A DNA stretch of 63,866 bases, the filler included, from Octopus bimaculoides (Eukaryota), in the NCBI RefSeq assembly GCF_001194135.2. It is 7 parts of 5 records of this genome, joined end to end, with 100 filler letters (N's around TTAATTAATTAA, not from the genome) between each part and the next. Parts side by side here need not be neighbours in the genome. Positions count along the whole stretch, not along the records: positions 1 to 23,276 come from NC_068986.1; 6 more parts are not named here. One strand, given 5' to 3'. The notes beneath the pieces are model-generated. The model made no database searches, was not told the origin of the DNA, and saw only the letters and a list, made by a program, of their open reading frames with translations. Of the stretch, positions 1-12,750 are shown in pieces. The position numbers were made by a program, and so were the translations under genes. Positions within the stretch are counted from its first letter, which is position 1. Each line of letters opens with the position of its first letter.

Positions 1-294
1 CGTGCCGTCGATTATTCTTTCACCCTCTTGGATGATGTGTGTGTTTTGCTAATAATGGTATTGGTGATGGCAATAATGCGACCCTGATGAGATGGAGTAT
101 CCAGAAATTTGTAATATGTTGTAATTTGTTACAATATTTTACGAGACATCTTATGATGTGGTTTATTTTTCCGGGATACCCTATTGAAATGTGCATAGGT
201 TTGGCTTATTGTGGTTGTTTCTGTTATTATTATAATTGTTGCTGCAATAAAGTATCTTCAATGCATTGATTTTGAGCTCTATCCTTTAAGAGAC

Positions 295-297
<3 letters not shown>

Positions 298-330
<33 letters not shown>
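298..330. repeat. (TA)n microsatellite
   Basis: Pure AT dinucleotide run. Confidence 0.95.
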
Positions 331-333
<3 letters not shown>

Positions 334-951
334 ATTAGAGAATGTTTGCAACCCTAGTGATATTCACAATTCAGTTGCGGAAAAATGAGTCTTACCCCCT
401 TTCCAAGAGTCACTTCTCTTACACTACTAAGCTCCGTTTTAACTTGAAACGAGACCAAAATATTATGCTCCTATCTTACACGAGATCTGTTTCAGGCTAT
501 CTTGACTAACAGCCATGTTTTTTTTGTGTAGAATAAGCTCTCTAGCTAACTAACTACAGTTTATAAACTTACTTTATTAACAAGAGACCCAAAGTAGGAT
601 TCTCGTTCTATCATACATATCCTATAAAATAAATAACACTGTAAAAATAATGTTTTTTTGTTGTTTTTTTTTTTTTTGTCTTTGATCAGTAAGTGTTATT
701 TCCCATTTGATTCTATCTGGAAATCAAAGAAAATGACAACTGTTTCCTTTGCTTTTGTGACCAGGATATCAACGTTTTGAAACTGACCTATTTTTTATTA
801 TACTTCAAACAGATTCCACGTTGAGTTGCTGAAGCAGAAATATCATTATAGTAAATATTCTGTTCAGTATCAAAGATTTACTTGTCAGTTGCTTGCCCAT
901 AACTACTTGAGCATGTCCGTTAGTGGATAGGCGATATGTGCATCTCTGATC

Positions 952-1290
952 ATGAGCAGGAGCACTGGGAGAGCATTAAGAGATGACGCTCCAGCTTTTT
1001 CAACAGTGCAAAAGGAGGCAACTGAATTTAGAAGTGGAAGCGAGAGTCTTCAATATGACCCGAGGTCTGGACGTCCTGCAACTGCCAACACCGAGGAAAC
1101 ATTAAACACCACTATAAATCAAATAGCCAATGTTATTAGCATATCCCATGAGAGAGTTGAGAATTTTCAGCACAATGAACTTGGCATGACAAAGGTTTCT
1201 GCTCTGTGGGTTTCACATCTTCGGACACCTCATCAAAAGTGCACAAAGCAGATCGCATCACGGGAAAAATCTAGCAATTTGGTGGTCTAT
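952..1290 (+). pseudogene. Mariner transposase N-terminal fragment (HTH region), degraded
   Basis: Translation LRDDAPAFSTVQKEATEFRSGSESLQYDPRSGRPATANTEE...ELGMTKVSALWVSHL matches the mariner DDPRSGRP and WVP(R/H)xL motifs. Truncated by (TA)n and a gap. Confidence 0.85.
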
Positions 1291-1323
1291 CTATTATTTT
1301 TCAAGCTTTGCTTCCCCACTCTG

Positions 1324-1324
<1 letters not shown>

Positions 1325-1384
<60 letters not shown>

Positions 1385-1714
1385 NNNNNNNNNNNNNNNN
1401 NNNNNNNNNNNNNNNNNNNNNNNNNNNNNNNNNNNNNNNNNNNNNNNNNNNNNNNNNNNNNNNNNNNNNNNNNNNNNNNNNNNNNNNNNNNNNNNNNNNN
1501 NNNNNNNNNNNNNNNNNNNNNNNNNNNNNNNNNNNNNNNNNNNNNNNNNNNNNNNNNNNNNNNNNNNNNNNNNNNNNNNNNNNNNNNNNNNNNNNNNNNN
1601 NNNNNNNNNNNNNNNNNNNNNNNNNNNNNNNNNNNNNNNNNNNNNNNNNNNNNNNNNNNNNNNNNNNNNNNNNNNNNNNNNNNNNNNNNNNNNNNNNNNN
1701 NNNNNNNNNNNNNN

Positions 1715-1799
<85 letters not shown>

Positions 1800-1827
1800 A
1801 TCTATCTCTCTCTCTCTCACTCTCTCT
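1325..1827. repeat. (TA)n, assembly gap and (TC)n microsatellites
   Basis: Simple repeats flank the N run at 1385-1713. ORFs across this region are artefacts. Confidence 0.95.
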
Positions 1828-2232
1828 CGCGCGCGCTTTCTATTTCACTCGATTTATTTATATATCGATCTCGTTCGTTTTCTCCCCTCTCTTTCTCTCT
1901 CTCGCCCTTTCTCTTTCTTCTCTTCCCTACATGTGTGTGTTTGTGTGTACGTATGTCTATGCGTTTGCGTATGCATATCTGCATAAACAGAACAAAAGAG
2001 AAAAAAGATATATCGGCAACAGATAGCATTTCATATTTCTTGATTGTCCTTCTATTTGATGAAATTTAATGAAAACAATTGAATTCAACAATAACTTTGC
2101 ATATAAAACGAGATCATTTTTCAATGTTTAATAACAAATTACAAATACATAAATATAAATATTTCTTTTGTGATATTATTATGTTCTTTAATTATTGCTT
2201 CTTATACTTTCTCTTTTATATATACTTATATA

Positions 2233-3481
2233 TTGGGTCTTCCTATAAATAATGCGGGTTTTTTTAAACTTCTTTTACTTTTCAAAATTAAGCTAAACAA
2301 AGTTATTTTTTAATCTAAAATATACTTACCTTTATTTTCCACAATGCTCTTCCGTCTATCTGGTAGGCTTGAAAGACCCTTCTTCCAAAATTAACGAAAA
2401 ATACTCCTCCAGTACTGTTCTGACCTCGTCTACAGAATTAATATTTTTTCTGTCCAAATGATTTTGAAGACTGTGGAATAAATGATAATCAGATGGAGCA
2501 ATGTCCGGCGAATATGGTGGGTGAGGCTTCGTTTCCCATTCAAATTGCTCCAGCCTTTCAATTGTCTTTCCCACTGTATGTAGCTGAGCATTATCTTCAT
2601 GGAAGAAGACCTTTCGTCTTGAAACCAAAGATGGTCGTTAGTGCTGACTTAAGCCGCTCAAGTTGCTCGCAGATCTCCTTTGTTATCGTTCGGTTTGAGT
2701 TTAAAAGTTCAAAGTGGACCAAACCTTTCATTCAGTTCCACCAAACAGATAACAACAACTTACGTGAGTGAAGACCTTCTTTAGCCTGGTGTGCTGGTGT
2801 TTCTCCTTTCCCTAACCACTAGTCTTTAGAGCTTGGCATCTTTATAGAGAACCGATTTCTCGTCACCAGTCACTATTCGGTCCAAAAATGGTTCATTCGT
2901 GGGACATGACAACAAAGACGGCACACAATCATTCTCTGTGTGCGATTAGGATTAAACTCGGTAAGTGTGTGAGGAACGCATTAACCCAATTTGCTGACTT
3001 TGCCAATGGCACAAAGGTGTCGATGTATGGATGAATGACCAAATCCAAGCTTCTCTGCTAGTTCCTCAACAGTTATATTTTGTCTGCTCTGGATTTGCAG
3101 GATGTCCTCGTCAAGCTCTACAGATCTTCCAGGACAAGGCTCGTCTTCTAGGCTGTAGTTTCCTGTTCGAAAATTCTGGAACCACTGTTAACACTGGCTT
3201 ACGCTCATTGTCCGATCCCCATATACTGCATTAATATTCCTCGCACTTTCCGTTGAGTTGTTGCTTTTATAGAATTCATAAAGCAAAATATGCTGAATAT
3301 GCTCCTTTGTCACTTCCGTTATAATAATTATGAAAATCGAACTGCACTCTTCAAAACGTACACTATGAATAAGTTAAAGGGCTAGGTGAAATTACTACCT
3401 GCTTTCATAGCAAGCTGGTCCCTCCACCGACTTTAAGTTCATGCAATTAAAAAAAACCGCATTATTTATGAGATGGCCCAA
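2233..3481 (-). mobile_element. Full-length mariner element (D34D), about 1.25 kb, inactive
   Basis: Imperfect TIRs: TTGGGTCTTCCTATAAATAATGCGGG vs reverse complement TTGGGCCATCTCATAAATAATGCGG. TA at 2231-2232 and 3482-3483. Transposase remnants inside. Confidence 0.92.
2356..3319 (-). pseudogene. Mariner transposase pseudogene
   Basis: N-terminus (T)EVTKEHIQHILLYEF...SLEDEPCPGRS, with the start apparently mutated ATG>ACG at 3319. C-terminus HEDNAQLH...HPPYSPDIAPSDYHLF has 34 residues between catalytic Asps. Stops and frameshifts present. Confidence 0.9.
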
Positions 3482-3911
3482 TATATACGTATGTTATGAA
3501 AAGAATCAATGGTCCTTCTCAAGCCAAAGCTAATAAAACCAGTTTCCTGGATTCTACGGTGTATATATTCTACACACACACCTGTATGTTGGGGTGTAAT
3601 ATATACGCTATGTGAAAATAAGCTCCAGGACACATCGCATCAGCTGGTCCAGAAATCGAAACCACATACTTATATCCTCTTGTGAACATTAAAATATTAG
3701 ATTAACATATTTGCCACACTAATAACTCTACAACATATATAAGTGGTAACCAGAACCTTCCCGATACAAACAGGTGCAAAACACTAGTCTGCAAGCAAAC
3801 ACAAGCTTACGACCTACTTACACTCTTTTGTGAAACCTTAAAAGATTTAAGTAGTATATATAAGATTAAATATCCAATATAAAAGATTTAATATCCAAAT
3901 AAAATCAACAG

Positions 3912-4255
3912 CTATAGGTGCAGGCATTCTGCTATAGCCTCGGGCTGCCAAAGCCTTGTGAGTGGATTTGGTAGACGGAAACTAAAAGAAGCCAGCCGTA
4001 TATATGTCTGCGTGCGTGTATGTGTGTGTGCGTGCGTGTGTGTAATTTTGCGTCAGTGTTTGTTCCCCATCACTGCTTGACAACCAAGGTTATTGTGATT
4101 ATGTCCCCGTAACTTAGCGGTGCGATAAAAGCCCGATGGAGTAAGTACTAGGCTTAAAAATAAACCCTGGGGGAGATTTGTTTGATTAAAACGCCTCAAG
4201 ACGGAGCTCCAGCATGGCTACAGTCAAATGACTGAAACAAATAAAATAAAACAAT
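3912..4255 (+). mobile_element. Octopus-type SINE, family A (internal microsatellite), 5' internally deleted
   Basis: Contains AAAGCCTTGTGAGTGGATTTGGTAGACGGAAACT..GAAGCC and the 3' end CAGCATGGC..CAGTCAAATGACTGAAACAAATAAAA, shared with many copies in the window. Confidence 0.8.
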
Positions 4256-4620
4256 AAAAACTAATCTAAGTCACACATCTGCTGACCAATAATCTAACTG
4301 CATTCCTTTGTGAAACCCTATGACTTGAAGATGACACACCTAAATATACACACCTGATTACAAAGTTCTCCATGAACTAGTAAATTCGAAACACTCACAC
4401 ATTTGCGTATTTATTCAAGAAAGATTCTCCTTAACGCCTTTTCATCACAACCTATCATCCAACCTAATTATCATTCAACAGAACTCAGCTTAACCCAGAA
4501 AATTCTAATTTAAAAGAAGCTATATAAAGCCAAGATGAACTCTAATGTACCACAGTTCGATAATGGCTTAGCTAACCGAAAATGTTAAGTCACTGCCAAT
4601 ACTGTTCTTATGAAAAGATT

Positions 4621-4646
4621 TTATATATATATATATATAAATATAC

Positions 4647-4733
<87 letters not shown>

Positions 4734-4860
4734 TGTATGTATGTATGTATGTATTTATGTATGTATGTATGTACGTAGGTATGTATGTGTGTACGTACGT
4801 AGGTAGGTATGTGTGTATATACGTATGTGTGTATATATGCATATACTTACACACACATAC
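4621..4860. repeat. Compound (TA)n/(TG)n/(TATG)n microsatellite
   Basis: Seen directly. Confidence 0.95.
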
Positions 4861-5153
4861 TTCACACATTCCGCACACTTTATTTTAATCATTTCATTAA
4901 CTTGTCCCACTGATCAGCAGAAAAACAGTCTCCTCTAATATATTCTACTGATTAGTCCACAGCAACAACAACAATGACAATACCAAACGCTAGAAGAATA
5001 AAAGTTGCAATAACCATTCTCATTCTCTACCTATTTCACTTCGCGCTAACCTTTATTTGCATCACCTTAGCCAACGATCCCATCCTTCAACCTTTCTTGC
5101 CTGGGCTGCTGCTGCTATTGTCGCTGTCGAGTCATTTAACCTTACATGTGTGT

Positions 5154-5188
<35 letters not shown>

Positions 5189-5948
5189 NNNNNNNNNNNN
5201 NNNNNNNNNNNNNNNNNNNNNNNNNNNNNNNNNNNNNNNNNNNNNNNNNNNNNNNNNNNNNNNNNNNNNNNNNNNNNNNNNNNNNNNNNNNNNNNNNNNN
5301 NNNNNNNNNNNNNNNNNNNNNNNNNNNNNNNNNNNNNNNNNNNNNNNNNNNNNNNNNNNNNNNNNNNNNNNNNNNNNNNNNNNNNNNNNNNNNNNNNNNN
5401 NNNNNNNNNNNNNNNNNNNNNNNNNNNNNNNNNNNNNNNNNNNNNNNNNNNNNNNNNNNNNNNNNNNNNNNNNNNNNNNNNNNNNNNNNNNNNNNNNNNN
5501 NNNNNNNNNNNNNNNNNNNNNNNNNNNNNNNNNNNNNNNNNNNNNNNNNNNNNNNNNNNNNNNNNNNNNNNNNNNNNNNNNNNNNNNNNNNNNNNNNNNN
5601 NNNNNNNNNNNNNNNNNNNNNNNNNNNNNNNNNNNNNNNNNNNNNNNNNNNNNNNNNNNNNNNNNNNNNNNNNNNNNNNNNNNNNNNNNNNNNNNNNNNN
5701 NNNNNNNNNNNNNNNNNNNNNNNNNNNNNNNNNNNNNNNNNNNNNNNNNNNNNNNNNNNNNNNNNNNNNNNNNNNNNNNNNNNNNNNNNNNNNNNNNNNN
5801 NNNNNNNNNNNNNNNNNNNNNNNNNNNNNNNNNNNNNNNNNNNNNNNNNNNNNNNNNNNNNNNNNNNNNNNNNNNNNNNNNNNNNNNNNNNNNNNNNNNN
5901 NNNNNNNNNNNNNNNNNNNNNNNNNNNNNNNNNNNNNNNNNNNNNNNN

Positions 5949-5986
<38 letters not shown>

Positions 5987-6254
5987 CATGCGCACACACA
6001 CATAAATACACACACATGTATGTGTGAGTGTGTGTGTGTATGTGTGCGAGCGCAACAAAAGAAAGAGGAAAAGTCAAGCGGAAGAAACCTATTTTGTTTT
6101 TAACCTTCAAATATAAATCATGGTGATATCTCTCAATATATACTTATGTGTGTGTGTACATTTATATTAAGTGAACCTTCTTAGAGCAATACGTAATACC
6201 TTCAAATATGTGTATCAAAATTAGAGGTAATATTACAAATTTGATATGAAGGAG

Positions 6255-6895
6255 GTGAACTGACAGAATTGTTACCGTGCCGGGCAAAATGCTTAGTGGC
6301 ATTTCGTCCGTCTTAACGTTCTGAATTCGAATTCCGCAGAGATCGACTTTGCCTTTCATCCCTTTCGGAGTCGATGAATTAACTACCAGTTCAGTACTGG
6401 GGTCGATGTAATCGACTTACCCATCCCCCGAAATTGCTGGCCAAAAGTTGAAACTAATATTACAAATGGATATGAATGGGGTGGACTGGCAGAATCGTTA
6501 CTGCACTGGGCAAAATTCTTAGCGGCATATGTCATCGGTCTTTACAGAATGTAAAGCAACGTCGACCTCGGCGAAATTTGAATTCAGAACGTAAAGATAG
6601 TTGAAATGCTGTTAAGCAGTTTGCCCTGCGTACTAATGATTCTGCCAGCCAGCTGCCTTTGTTTGTTTGTTTTTTTTTTGTTTTTTTTGGAACCCATGTT
6701 ACAAATTCACCCGGTATTTCTTCCATATTTGCGTTCTGAATTCCAATTCTGCAGAGATCGAATCTGCCTTTCATCCTTTCGAAATCGATAAAATAAATAC
6801 CAATTGAGCACATTGGGATCAATGTATTCGACTTATCCCCTCCCCCGGAGATACTGGTCTTGTGCTAAAATTGGAAACCCATATTACAAATAGAT
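6255..6895 (+). mobile_element. Tandem cluster of family B SINEs plus one inverted head
   Basis: Repeated GAGCTGGCAGAATCGTTA-type head and GACTTTGCCTTTCATCCTTTCG..GTCGAT body. Minus-strand head at about 6560-6660. Confidence 0.8.
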
Positions 6896-8169
6896 ATAAT
6901 ACAGTCAAAATATTTAATATGCTATTTAAATAAATAATCTATTGTTGTCACATAATATTTCTAATAAGTATCTTTAGAGTATAATACACTTCTTGAAACA
7001 TTAACGTTTAAATATAATAGAAGGGAAATAAGTGATTCGAGGAAAACTCATTCACAGCAAATTAATTACTGCTTAGCTGAACAATCTTAAATAACACAAA
7101 ATCAGGTGTTTGCTATAAATATTTGAATAATTTCTGGAATTCCTGTTAAAATTAATCATTATGAATATAATGGATTGATTTTTTTCCCAGATTTAAAAGC
7201 AATGACAAATTACATACCTGTAAGAATAATACACATGCTACAGCATACCACCATGCTCGAGGTAGCATATGTCATGTGTACAGAAAGACTTGACACCTAA
7301 AAATAATATTTTTGCCTGCATTTAAAAAGGTTTTATTTCTACAGCTTTTGGTATCCAAGACTCGTCTATCAAACAGTGACACATGAAGCTAAAGTAAAAG
7401 CTTGTAGAGGCTTTTAATTAATGGTACATTCAAATAACTTTGCAGAGTTACTGAAGCAATACTGGCATGCTAGTTTTGTTGGAGTACAAATATGAAAGAA
7501 GGAAATTGATGTATGATGACCTGTGTTTGAAGTTTAACCAGTACATCAGTCTGCTGTTTGAAATTTTCTTGAAAACATAGAAGCTCTTTGTCACTTCTCG
7601 TTTAAAAACGTAAGTGATAGCTTTCATCAACTTGGATGTAATATGAATGAGTATCAAAGTGCACTCTATATTCGAATTGTAACTATTTTCCAGAAATATA
7701 TGTCATATGATATGAAGAGCAAGACATTCACTGATGCATTATGAAATTGAAAAAAAATCAAGGTTAGTGAATTATTAGCATGATGGCGATCGTGCTCGGT
7801 CTTTCAATAACTCCTTGTAAGGTATTCATAAAAATCAGAAAAGGAAATATCGATATTTTTGTGGTTGCCATTTATTTAAAATTCTGATGTGAAAGTAAAA
7901 AGAAATGAGGATAAAGATAATAGATTGTTCCAATGCTAGAAAAAAACAACGAATCCATCAAATTGAGAGAAATGTATTATTGCAATCATTTATATGAAAA
8001 CAGAAGCAAACGAGCATTAAAAAATGACTCTATCAGTGGTTCTCAAACGTTGCGCTGAATATTTTTAGAAATATAATTTCCAAAGCTTTGAAAAATTCAT
8101 ATAAAGCTTCAACGTCTTTTAAAAAATGTGTTTTTCACAACTTTCTTATACAGTAGGATGATTAGTTAA

Positions 8170-10636
8170 TCCTTGGTCTACCAGAGAAAATGTATGTCAC
8201 TAATTACCAACTGGGTCCAATGGACCCAATATTTTTCTTTTAATTAAATTTCATTCAAACTACTACTATTTTAGTTACATTATATATGCTATCAGGTGAA
8301 TGAAGAATTACTGTTTCTCACAAATCTTAATAAAAAAAATACAGAATATATTATAAACTTTAAAAATTACAAAAATACAGAATTACAGATCTTCATGGCA
8401 ATGAACGCAGACAACATTAGAATGTTCTTGGCAAACATGGATATTACAATTCTTACATGTAGTTCGAGTTTTCCTGTCTCTTTTGGGAGCCACACAAAGA
8501 ACAACTTCCTTTTTTTTTCTTTGGCTGAGGAATCTCAGATGAGGTTGAAAATCCTCTTCCTTTCTTGTTTGGTTGAGAAATGTTAGCGGAACTAGAAGAT
8601 TGTTTGTTATGTTCTTGTTCAGCATTAACTCCAGCAAGTTCTTTTCCTAACTGGATTAGACACTGTCTTCTTTTATCCTTGAAACTTCGCAAGTGAAGCT
8701 GTTTAGCAACAATGAAAGCATTCACTGCATTTATATCAATCATGTAGAATATAAACATAGGCCATCTTCGAGTCATTCTTTTGCAAGTGTATGGCCTTAC
8801 CATCTTATCTCGGGTATCTACTCCTCCTTTGTTTTGTTGGGACATGAAATAACTTCAGGTTTATTTTCAGGACTTTTTGGATCAATTGAAGGCTGAGAGT
8901 GCATTGTACTCATAAGTGTGACTCCATAATTTTTCTTGGGACACTAAGATAGGATCATAGAATCCTTTTGAAATCCAAATATTGTGCTGTTGATTTCTCT
9001 TTCTTTCCCATTTATGAAAGCACTCTGCTCTTTCTAATTGTTCCAACTAAAGTAGTTTTCTTGCAAAGCAGCTTTCAAGCCAGTCCTAGACTTGCAAAAC
9101 AAATTATCACAAGTTATATTGTGACCAGTATTTTCAAGTTCTTTTACTTGGTCTTCAGCAACTCTTGAACCTCGATTTGTCTCTCTCCTTTTTTCTGGGT
9201 CTTTTCCAGTGTAGATTTGCATTTTCCAGGCACAAGATGTTTCACTGTCGCATATTAGCCAAATTTTAATTCCATATTTCCCTAGTTTTGAAGGAATATA
9301 TACCCGGAATGGGCAGCGCCCTCTGAATGAAATTAATTGTTCATCAATTGTCATGCATCAATTTGGAACATATCCATCTTCCAAATTCTGATCCCACATT
9401 TCAAATACTTCTCTTCTGGGCTCCAATTTATCATCACTTCTCTTTTTTCTTCTTGCACTAGCATCATCAAAGCGCAATACTTGTAAAATCTGCTGAAATC
9501 TTCCCCGGCTCATGATTTTGTTGAATATTGGGCGACTATCTTCTTGACTCCATAAATGTGTGACATTTTCATGTTTAGATTTATAAACACCTTTAAAAAT
9601 AATCAGTCCAATGAATTTCTTTAGTTCAGAGTGATCAATTTCCTTCCACTTATCTTTGTAAATAACCTAACCTTCAATAACCTGTCCATTTACGAATTAT
9701 TTCAAGAAGATTCTGGCGCATAAAGATAGTAAAACATGTTTCAATGCTATCGCAAGACCTTTTGGCAAAACGGGATGGTCCACATTCTTGACGCACAATA
9801 TTGCAAGATGAAGTTCTTACATCTGCTTGAGTAAGAGGATTAGAATGCAAACTTCTTGTTTGTCTCTAGAAACATATTTCTCATTCATAATTGAGTGGCT
9901 TACAGATAATTGTTTTTGGTACCTTTATCATCTGATGACATGGAACCTAAACTGTCCATCACACAATCACTTTCACCATCATCTTCAGAGCAATAGAAGA
10001 AATCACTACTATCTTCTTCCCATTCTTCATCTAATTCCAATAACCTTTTCGATATTTGGTCTTCAGTCAAGTTTTTACGTCGAGGCATATCAGAAAGCAC
10101 AACTGAATATATGAAACTTGATAGCAGACTAAAGGCAGATATTGCTTTCTCTCGCATATTTATACTCTCCTTAAAGATAGTGCAATATATTGAAAGAATT
10201 GCGTCATCACATAGAAATTTTGCATCACCCTATAACCAAGCAGATTGACGGTGCTGCAATACCACACAAATTTACAGGAATATTTTCATAATTTTTCCTA
10301 TTTTATCTAAAATTCAGCAAATGACTTTAAAACAATTTTATCTATTCTATATCTGACAAATAGCTAGGAAAATAATATTTGATACTGCTTTTACTCTGTT
10401 TAGAATGACAAGAGTATTGTCTGAATTTAATTCGAGGGTCCAATGGACCCATATAGTGATTAGTGTATGAAGTGAAATTTTCTAGTTTTTATAAACATAC
10501 GGAAAATTTCCCATTTAGCAAGTAAAAGAGAGTCAAGAAAAAATAGGAATCACGAGAAATCAGCAGAATCAAATAATATAGACAGTATGAAAAAGCAACT
10601 GAAAAAACTGAAATGGGTCCATTGGTAGACAGAAGG
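8170..10636 (-). mobile_element. piggyBac DNA transposon, near full length (about 2.47 kb), inactive
   Basis: TTAA at 8166-8169 and 10637-10640. Termini TCCTTGGTCTACCA vs reverse complement CCTTCTGTCTACCA. Subterminal palindrome GGGTCCAATGGACCC at 8213 and 10436. Transposase inside. Confidence 0.92.
8383..10088 (-). pseudogene. piggyBac transposase pseudogene (PGBD4-like)
   Basis: Acidic N-terminus MPRRKNLTEDQISKRLLELDEEWEED. Catalytic motifs TIDEQLISFRGRCPFRVYIPSKLGKYGIK, NITCDNLF and NKGGVDTRDKM...RRWPM. Cys-rich C-terminus CSLC...CKNCNIHVCQEHSNVVCVHC. Several frameshifts. Confidence 0.92.
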
Positions 10637-10843
10637 TTAAACAGAGCAATAATAGTCTCTTGTATTTGTTTCTAAATTTTTAACTTCAAAAATATCTTTG
10701 TTTTAAATTTCCTTGCGAAATGTGTCACTTTTTGACTGCCAAATGAAGTACACCTGTTATCTCCAGCGCAACAATGTTAGAATTATTTAGAACCACCATA
10801 TTGATATCTTTTACTTGTTTCAGTTATTAGACTGAGACCACTG

Positions 10844-11015
10844 GTTGTCAACCTGTGTTGGTGTGTTTACGTCCCATTAACTAGGCAGTTCTGCAAAAGA
10901 GACCGATAGAATAAGTACCAGAAATAAGTACTGGGATCGATTCATTCGTTTAAAAATGCTTCAAGGTGGTGCCCCAATATGGCCTCCATCTAATAACTGA
11001 AACAAATAAAAGATA
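10844..11015 (+). mobile_element. SINE family A, 3' half
   Basis: GGTGTGTTTACGTCCC...GCAAAAGAGACCGATAGAATAAGTAC...ACTGAAACAAATAAAAGA. Confidence 0.8.
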
Positions 11016-11035
11016 AAGTATGGTGGTTATATATA

Positions 11036-12580
11036 CACAGACAGCCATGACAGAAGTAAATAGACACTTATAATCATTAAAATTTATTTAAATCTGACAT
11101 TATACATTCAAATTATTTATTAATTGTTATAATGTGAATATTTAATATTTAGTAGACATGCCCCATGCATTTTTCAATGCAAGGATCCTATTAGGCATGT
11201 TACTGATCAGATGAATATTCTCTTTCAGAATTTCTTGTCAAGTTTCATGTAGTAATCTCAAAAGATCTGGTTTTGAAGATTGTTTCTTGTTCTTTTCATG
11301 AAGTTTCCTGTCCATTATGTTCCAGAGGTGTTCAATAAGGTTCATATCTGGTGACTGGCTTGGCTATGGAAGCTTTTTAATGCCATTCTCATCCAACACA
11401 TTTTGGGTCATTTTAGCCGTGTGACAAGGAGCCTCATTTTCCATAAATAGTCTTCTTTAATCAATTCACCACTGGAGATGATTGGAAGGAGTTCTTTCTA
11501 CAATATGGATGCATATTTATCTACGTTTATGTTTCCCTCACAGTCCACCAGTTCTGATCAACCATCGCTCCAAATTGCTCCCCCAGACCATCACAGAATA
11601 GCTGCCATGTTTCGTTGTTGGCTGCACTCTTTTCACATCAAATTCTTGATCACTGAGTCTCCTGACCCACATTCGACCACTGTCAGGAAATACAACAATC
11701 TGAACTCATCAGAGAATATGACAGTGTCCCAAAATGCTAGTGGTCTCTCCACCATCTCACTGGCCCAATCTTTTCTCCACTTGATGTTGGTTGGTCTAAG
11801 AGGTGGTCTCCTTCTTGCTGCTCTGCCATAGTAACCAAGTTTGTGAAGACACTTGACAGCTGTTCTGGGGCGGACATGAACTTGTTCTGCTATGTCAGAG
11901 GCCTTGCAACGAGGATTATCCTCTACACTTTTCTTAACAAATAGAAGAGCCCTGTCATAGAACCCTGGTTGATCTGGGTAAGGCGATGTGGGCTCCTTCC
12001 CCTTTCTGGTGAAGGAGGAGACCCCCTTCGGTCATAAATAACCATGGGATTACACCTAGAAAGTTACCCTCCGAGGCACAATTCCGGGCAAGGTTGTTTG
12101 TGGAAGGCCAGCAGTCGCCCACGCATACCAGCCTCCACTCTCCGCACCACTGATATTATCCAAGGGAAAGGCAAAGGCCGATACAGCTTGGCACCAGTGA
12201 ACTGGAGCAACGTAAAATAAATTGTCTTGTTCAAGAACACAACACCCAGCCCGGTCCTGGAATCGAACTCACAAACTCACGATCGTAAGCTTGATGCTTT
12301 AACCAATGAGCCATGTACAATCACTCTATTAACTGTAGAAAGCGGGATCCCAATGTTTTCTACGATTTTTCACTATGTCCACCTTCAGAATGACCCACAA
12401 TACGCCTCTCTGAAATTCAGACGGTTCCAAGGCTTCTTTTGCACGTGGCATGACTAAACAGTCACATATAGAACCTGAAACATAAAAATGTCAATTAATG
12501 AAAAATATAAACCTGTACAAGTTAGAATAAACATAAAACAATGGTTTATGAGGTGTTTATTTACTTCTGTCATGACTGTG
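11036..12580 (-). mobile_element. Tc1-type (DD34E-like) transposon with nested SINE
   Basis: TIRs CACAG..CATGACAGAAGTAAATA(G/A)ACAC at both ends with TA flanks. Transposase remnants: MPRAKEALEPSEFQRG (ATG at 12451), LGYYGRAARRRPPL, VIFSDE, ENEAPCHTAK...PSQSPDMNLIEHLWN. Confidence 0.9.
12014..12315 (-). mobile_element. tRNA-derived SINE (OR2-like head, alternative tail) inserted in the Tc1 ORF
   Basis: Minus-strand head TGGCTCATTGGTTAAAGC...GAGTTCGATTCC (A/B boxes), then GTGTTCTTGAACAAGAC. It interrupts the Tc1 frame between TVNRVIV and GKEPTSP. Confidence 0.8.
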
Positions 12581-12582
12581 TA

Positions 12583-12750
12583 TATACGATGGGCTACTTT
12601 CAGTTTCTGTCTACAAAATCCAATCGCAAGGCTTTGGTCTTTCCGAGGCTATACTAGGAGACACTTGCCCAAGATTCCACGCAATGAGACTGAACCCAGA
12701 ATTATGCGGTTGGGAAGAGCAAGCTTCTTACAACACGGCCATGTCTGCGT
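12583..12750 (-). mobile_element. SINE family A, 5' half
   Basis: Reverse complement of the head, CTTGGGCAAGTGTCT box and GTAGACAGAAACTGAAAG. Confidence 0.8.

Noticed and set aside
84-125. CTGATGA...GAAA hammerhead-like spacing
   Set aside because: No G-C closing pair for stem II, and no stem I partner or cleavage triplet in register.
4974-6110. Long ORFs of 290-390 aa here and at 26602-27633 and 56721-57902
   Set aside because: They read through N gaps and dinucleotide repeats.
8034-10843. Apparent hAT element enclosing the piggyBac (CAGTGGTTCTCA ... TGAGACCACTG)
   Set aside because: No 8-bp TSD. The right motif is explained by a degraded SINE 3' end.
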